Source of the DNA: Marsupella aquatica
Taxonomy: Eukaryota > Plantae > Marchantiophyta
Direction of reading: 5' to 3'
NCBI GenBank assembly: GCA_973895155.1
Contig: OZ316897.1
Location: 21,427,455 to 21,491,454, forward strand
Length of the DNA: 64,000 nucleotides
Both the position numbers and the translations under genes were made by a program. Every line of letters starts with the position of its first letter. Position 1 is the first letter of the stretch. Of the stretch, positions 61,727-64,000 are shown one piece after another. The notes below the pieces were generated by a model. That model ran no database searches, was not told the origin of the DNA, and saw nothing but the letters and a program-made list of their open reading frames with translations.

Positions 61727-64000
61727 CACTAGTAGAAAACAATGTATTTTATGACCGAAACAATGACTATTAATCAGGTCTTTTTAACAAAACAATGACG
61801 CAATTGTTCTCGTCTTTCCAGACACGTCACAACGGACATTTTGGTCACGGTCCTTTTGGACAAATGACGCTAAAAACATGTGGTCATTTCATACTATCCT
61901 AAATGACCGTTTTTATGATATGGTCATAAATGTTGAACGGTCCAAAATGACGACACAAATCACCATCGACGGTCAATTGCCGTTGACCGTCGATGGTCCC
62001 CGTACCCAATCACACAATGACACATGGCAATAAAAAAACAAATAACATTGGTCATTTTGGACTTGTCCAAAATGACGTACATTATATAACAAATCAAATA
62101 GTGACACGTGGTTCAAAGAGGATTCACCATTTGGCAATATATTTGGGTCATTTTGGACGTGTCCAAAATGACTACAGTATAAACAAGTCATATTGAGACA
62201 CGTGGTTCAATTGGGAGAAGACACGTAAAGATACACATTAGTCATTAATGACATGTCTTGAATGACATAAAGTGAGTCATAGTGGACTTGTTTATAATGA
62301 CCATGAGAAAAGTCATTGTATATATCATTCTTTGAATCATTTAGTCTATGTCTTTAATGACCAGAGTTGAGTCATATTGGTCACAAAGATAGTTGTGAAT
62401 AATGACCATTACATCAGTCATTCTAGCCAGTCATTTAATCATTCAAGCCAGTCATTCAGACGAAGTATTCAATGATTTGGAGAAATTCAAATTTAAGTGA
62501 TCATGATAGATAAAACTTGATGTCAATCAAAAATCATACATTACAAAACCATTCAATAGAGTTGCTAAATGAAAACTTAAAGAAACATTCGATATATATC
62601 ACAAATCCAATTGATATTCATACAAGATACCTTCATAAGTCTCACGGTAAATATTGAACTCAATGCAAATTTATGAAACAAAATTACATTGACATCAATA
62701 ATATTAGATTGTCAATTGTTACAACCTGACATACCAATCACTCTGCATGTTTATAGAAAAATAGAGTTGTCATTCTATCATGTCTATTGTTTCTTGATAG
62801 AGTGCTATTTCTATTGCTTCTTAAGCAATCTAGAGTTCCATAGGGCATTCATCCCTTTCACATCAGATAATTTAGACTGGTTCTCCCCTGAATTGGCAAA
62901 TGGCAATGCCACATCTACAAACACTTCAATCACACGCACTCGCAAGAAAGGGCTTTCAAAATCTGCACAATGAAACTTATCTTCTCCTGGCAGCCTTGTC
63001 ACCTCACCTTCTGCCACTATCATGGAATTGTCCACAACGCTCTTCATCTTCACCAAATCTCCTCTTGCAAACTGTGAACAACACATTTTGTTAAAAATGC
63101 AATAAACAGAAATTGAAAGATAGAAGAACACTCAAATCAAACACACATTTACCTTTGCAACGGGGTTAGGAGACTGCATTGGTTTCTTCTGTGCAGGTGA
63201 TGCATTTGCTGAGGATCCTTTCTTCCTTTTCTTCTTTCCCTTTCTAGTTGATGGAGTGTCATCCTGTTCACTTGGAATGGGAGTTTCTTTTGGCAACTCA
63301 GATGATTCTGGGGTTACATCTGGTGTCAACTGAGTCGACTTATCCTCTGGCAACTGAAAGGCATCTGAAATGGCTTCTTTGGGCAACTTAGATGGCAAAA
63401 GGTTCACTTCCAATTCAGTTTGCTTTAGAGTACTGTTAGCTGTGTCAGTTGGTCTTCCCTGCGACACAGGAGGCTCCCCTAAAGATGCTGTCATAAAACA
63501 CACACAAAAGAAATACATAAACAAACATGTATACACCAACAACATATAATCACACTAAAAACATGCAAGAACATTATAAACATGCAATGACATATACACA
63601 TCACAATAATTACATTGAATGGACAGTGTATACATGATAGAGAATTTTACCTTCATTATCGCCTGAAAAAGTAAGAGATCGCTTTCTACTACCTTGTTTG
63701 GTAGTTGTAGTCAACTTACTGTGACTAGGCACAACTGTTGGAACTTGTGCATTACTGGGGTGATGTGCCATCCACATAGTCATCATGTTTGTCAACTCCC
63801 TCACAGTGCCTTTCAACTCAGCGACATCCAATTTCACAGCCCCAATGGCAGTGATCTCTTCTTTTGAATGTGGGGTCTGTAAATGAACCACAAACCAACA
63901 CAACAGTCTCACTGTCAAACTTACAAACGACACAACACTGGCTCTGTCAAATGGAGAATGATGTACAAATCAAATTGGTATGACAATACTCACAGCTGAT
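61727..64000 (-). mobile_element. One end of a CACTA (En/Spm) transposon, continues off the window
   Basis: Terminus CACTAGTAGAAAA at 61727; ~750 bp subterminal region dense in AATGAC/GTCATT motifs in both orientations; followed by the 3' end of a TnpA-like gene. Confidence 0.85.
62811..63876 (-). CDS. 3' exons of a CACTA accessory (TnpA/Tnp1-like) gene
   Basis: Exons 63876-63651, 63487-63153 and 63071-62811 splice in frame through GT-AG introns; the last exon has VAEGEV...FH...RVRVIEV..DVALP...LSDVKG..ALW, the C-terminal pattern typical of CACTA second-ORF proteins; basic NLS-like KGKKKRKK. Confidence 0.75.

Overview
AT-rich eukaryotic DNA, most consistent with a non-seed land plant (bryophyte-like, inferred from the cysteine-less germin), dominated by transposons and decaying tandem gene families. 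In order: a modular repeat array (1-1590); a degenerate Ty1/copia element carrying a MITE; a second, more decayed copia; a minus-strand cluster of intronless Kelch-only genes (one open, one frameshifted, two remnants) with a second modular array at 14.6-16.6 kb; a complete PIF/Harbinger transposon (TIRs, TAA TSD, two open ORFs) inserted in the 5' leader of a germin-like pseudogene; an intact germin-like paralog; a truncated copia; a minisatellite-rich 46.3-61.7 kb block with a SAM-domain gene and a divergent Fpg/Nei-like glycosylase gene (both frameshifted); and one end of a CACTA element. The two most striking observations: (i) the modular arrays read on the minus strand as amplified exon-intron cassettes (51-nt exons, 98-nt GT-AG introns) behind a promoter-like module that recurs upstream of Kelch genes and remnants; (ii) the atypical Fpg/Nei-like gene with a possible AT-hook tail. 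All calls were made by eye without database searches, and remnant boundaries are approximate.
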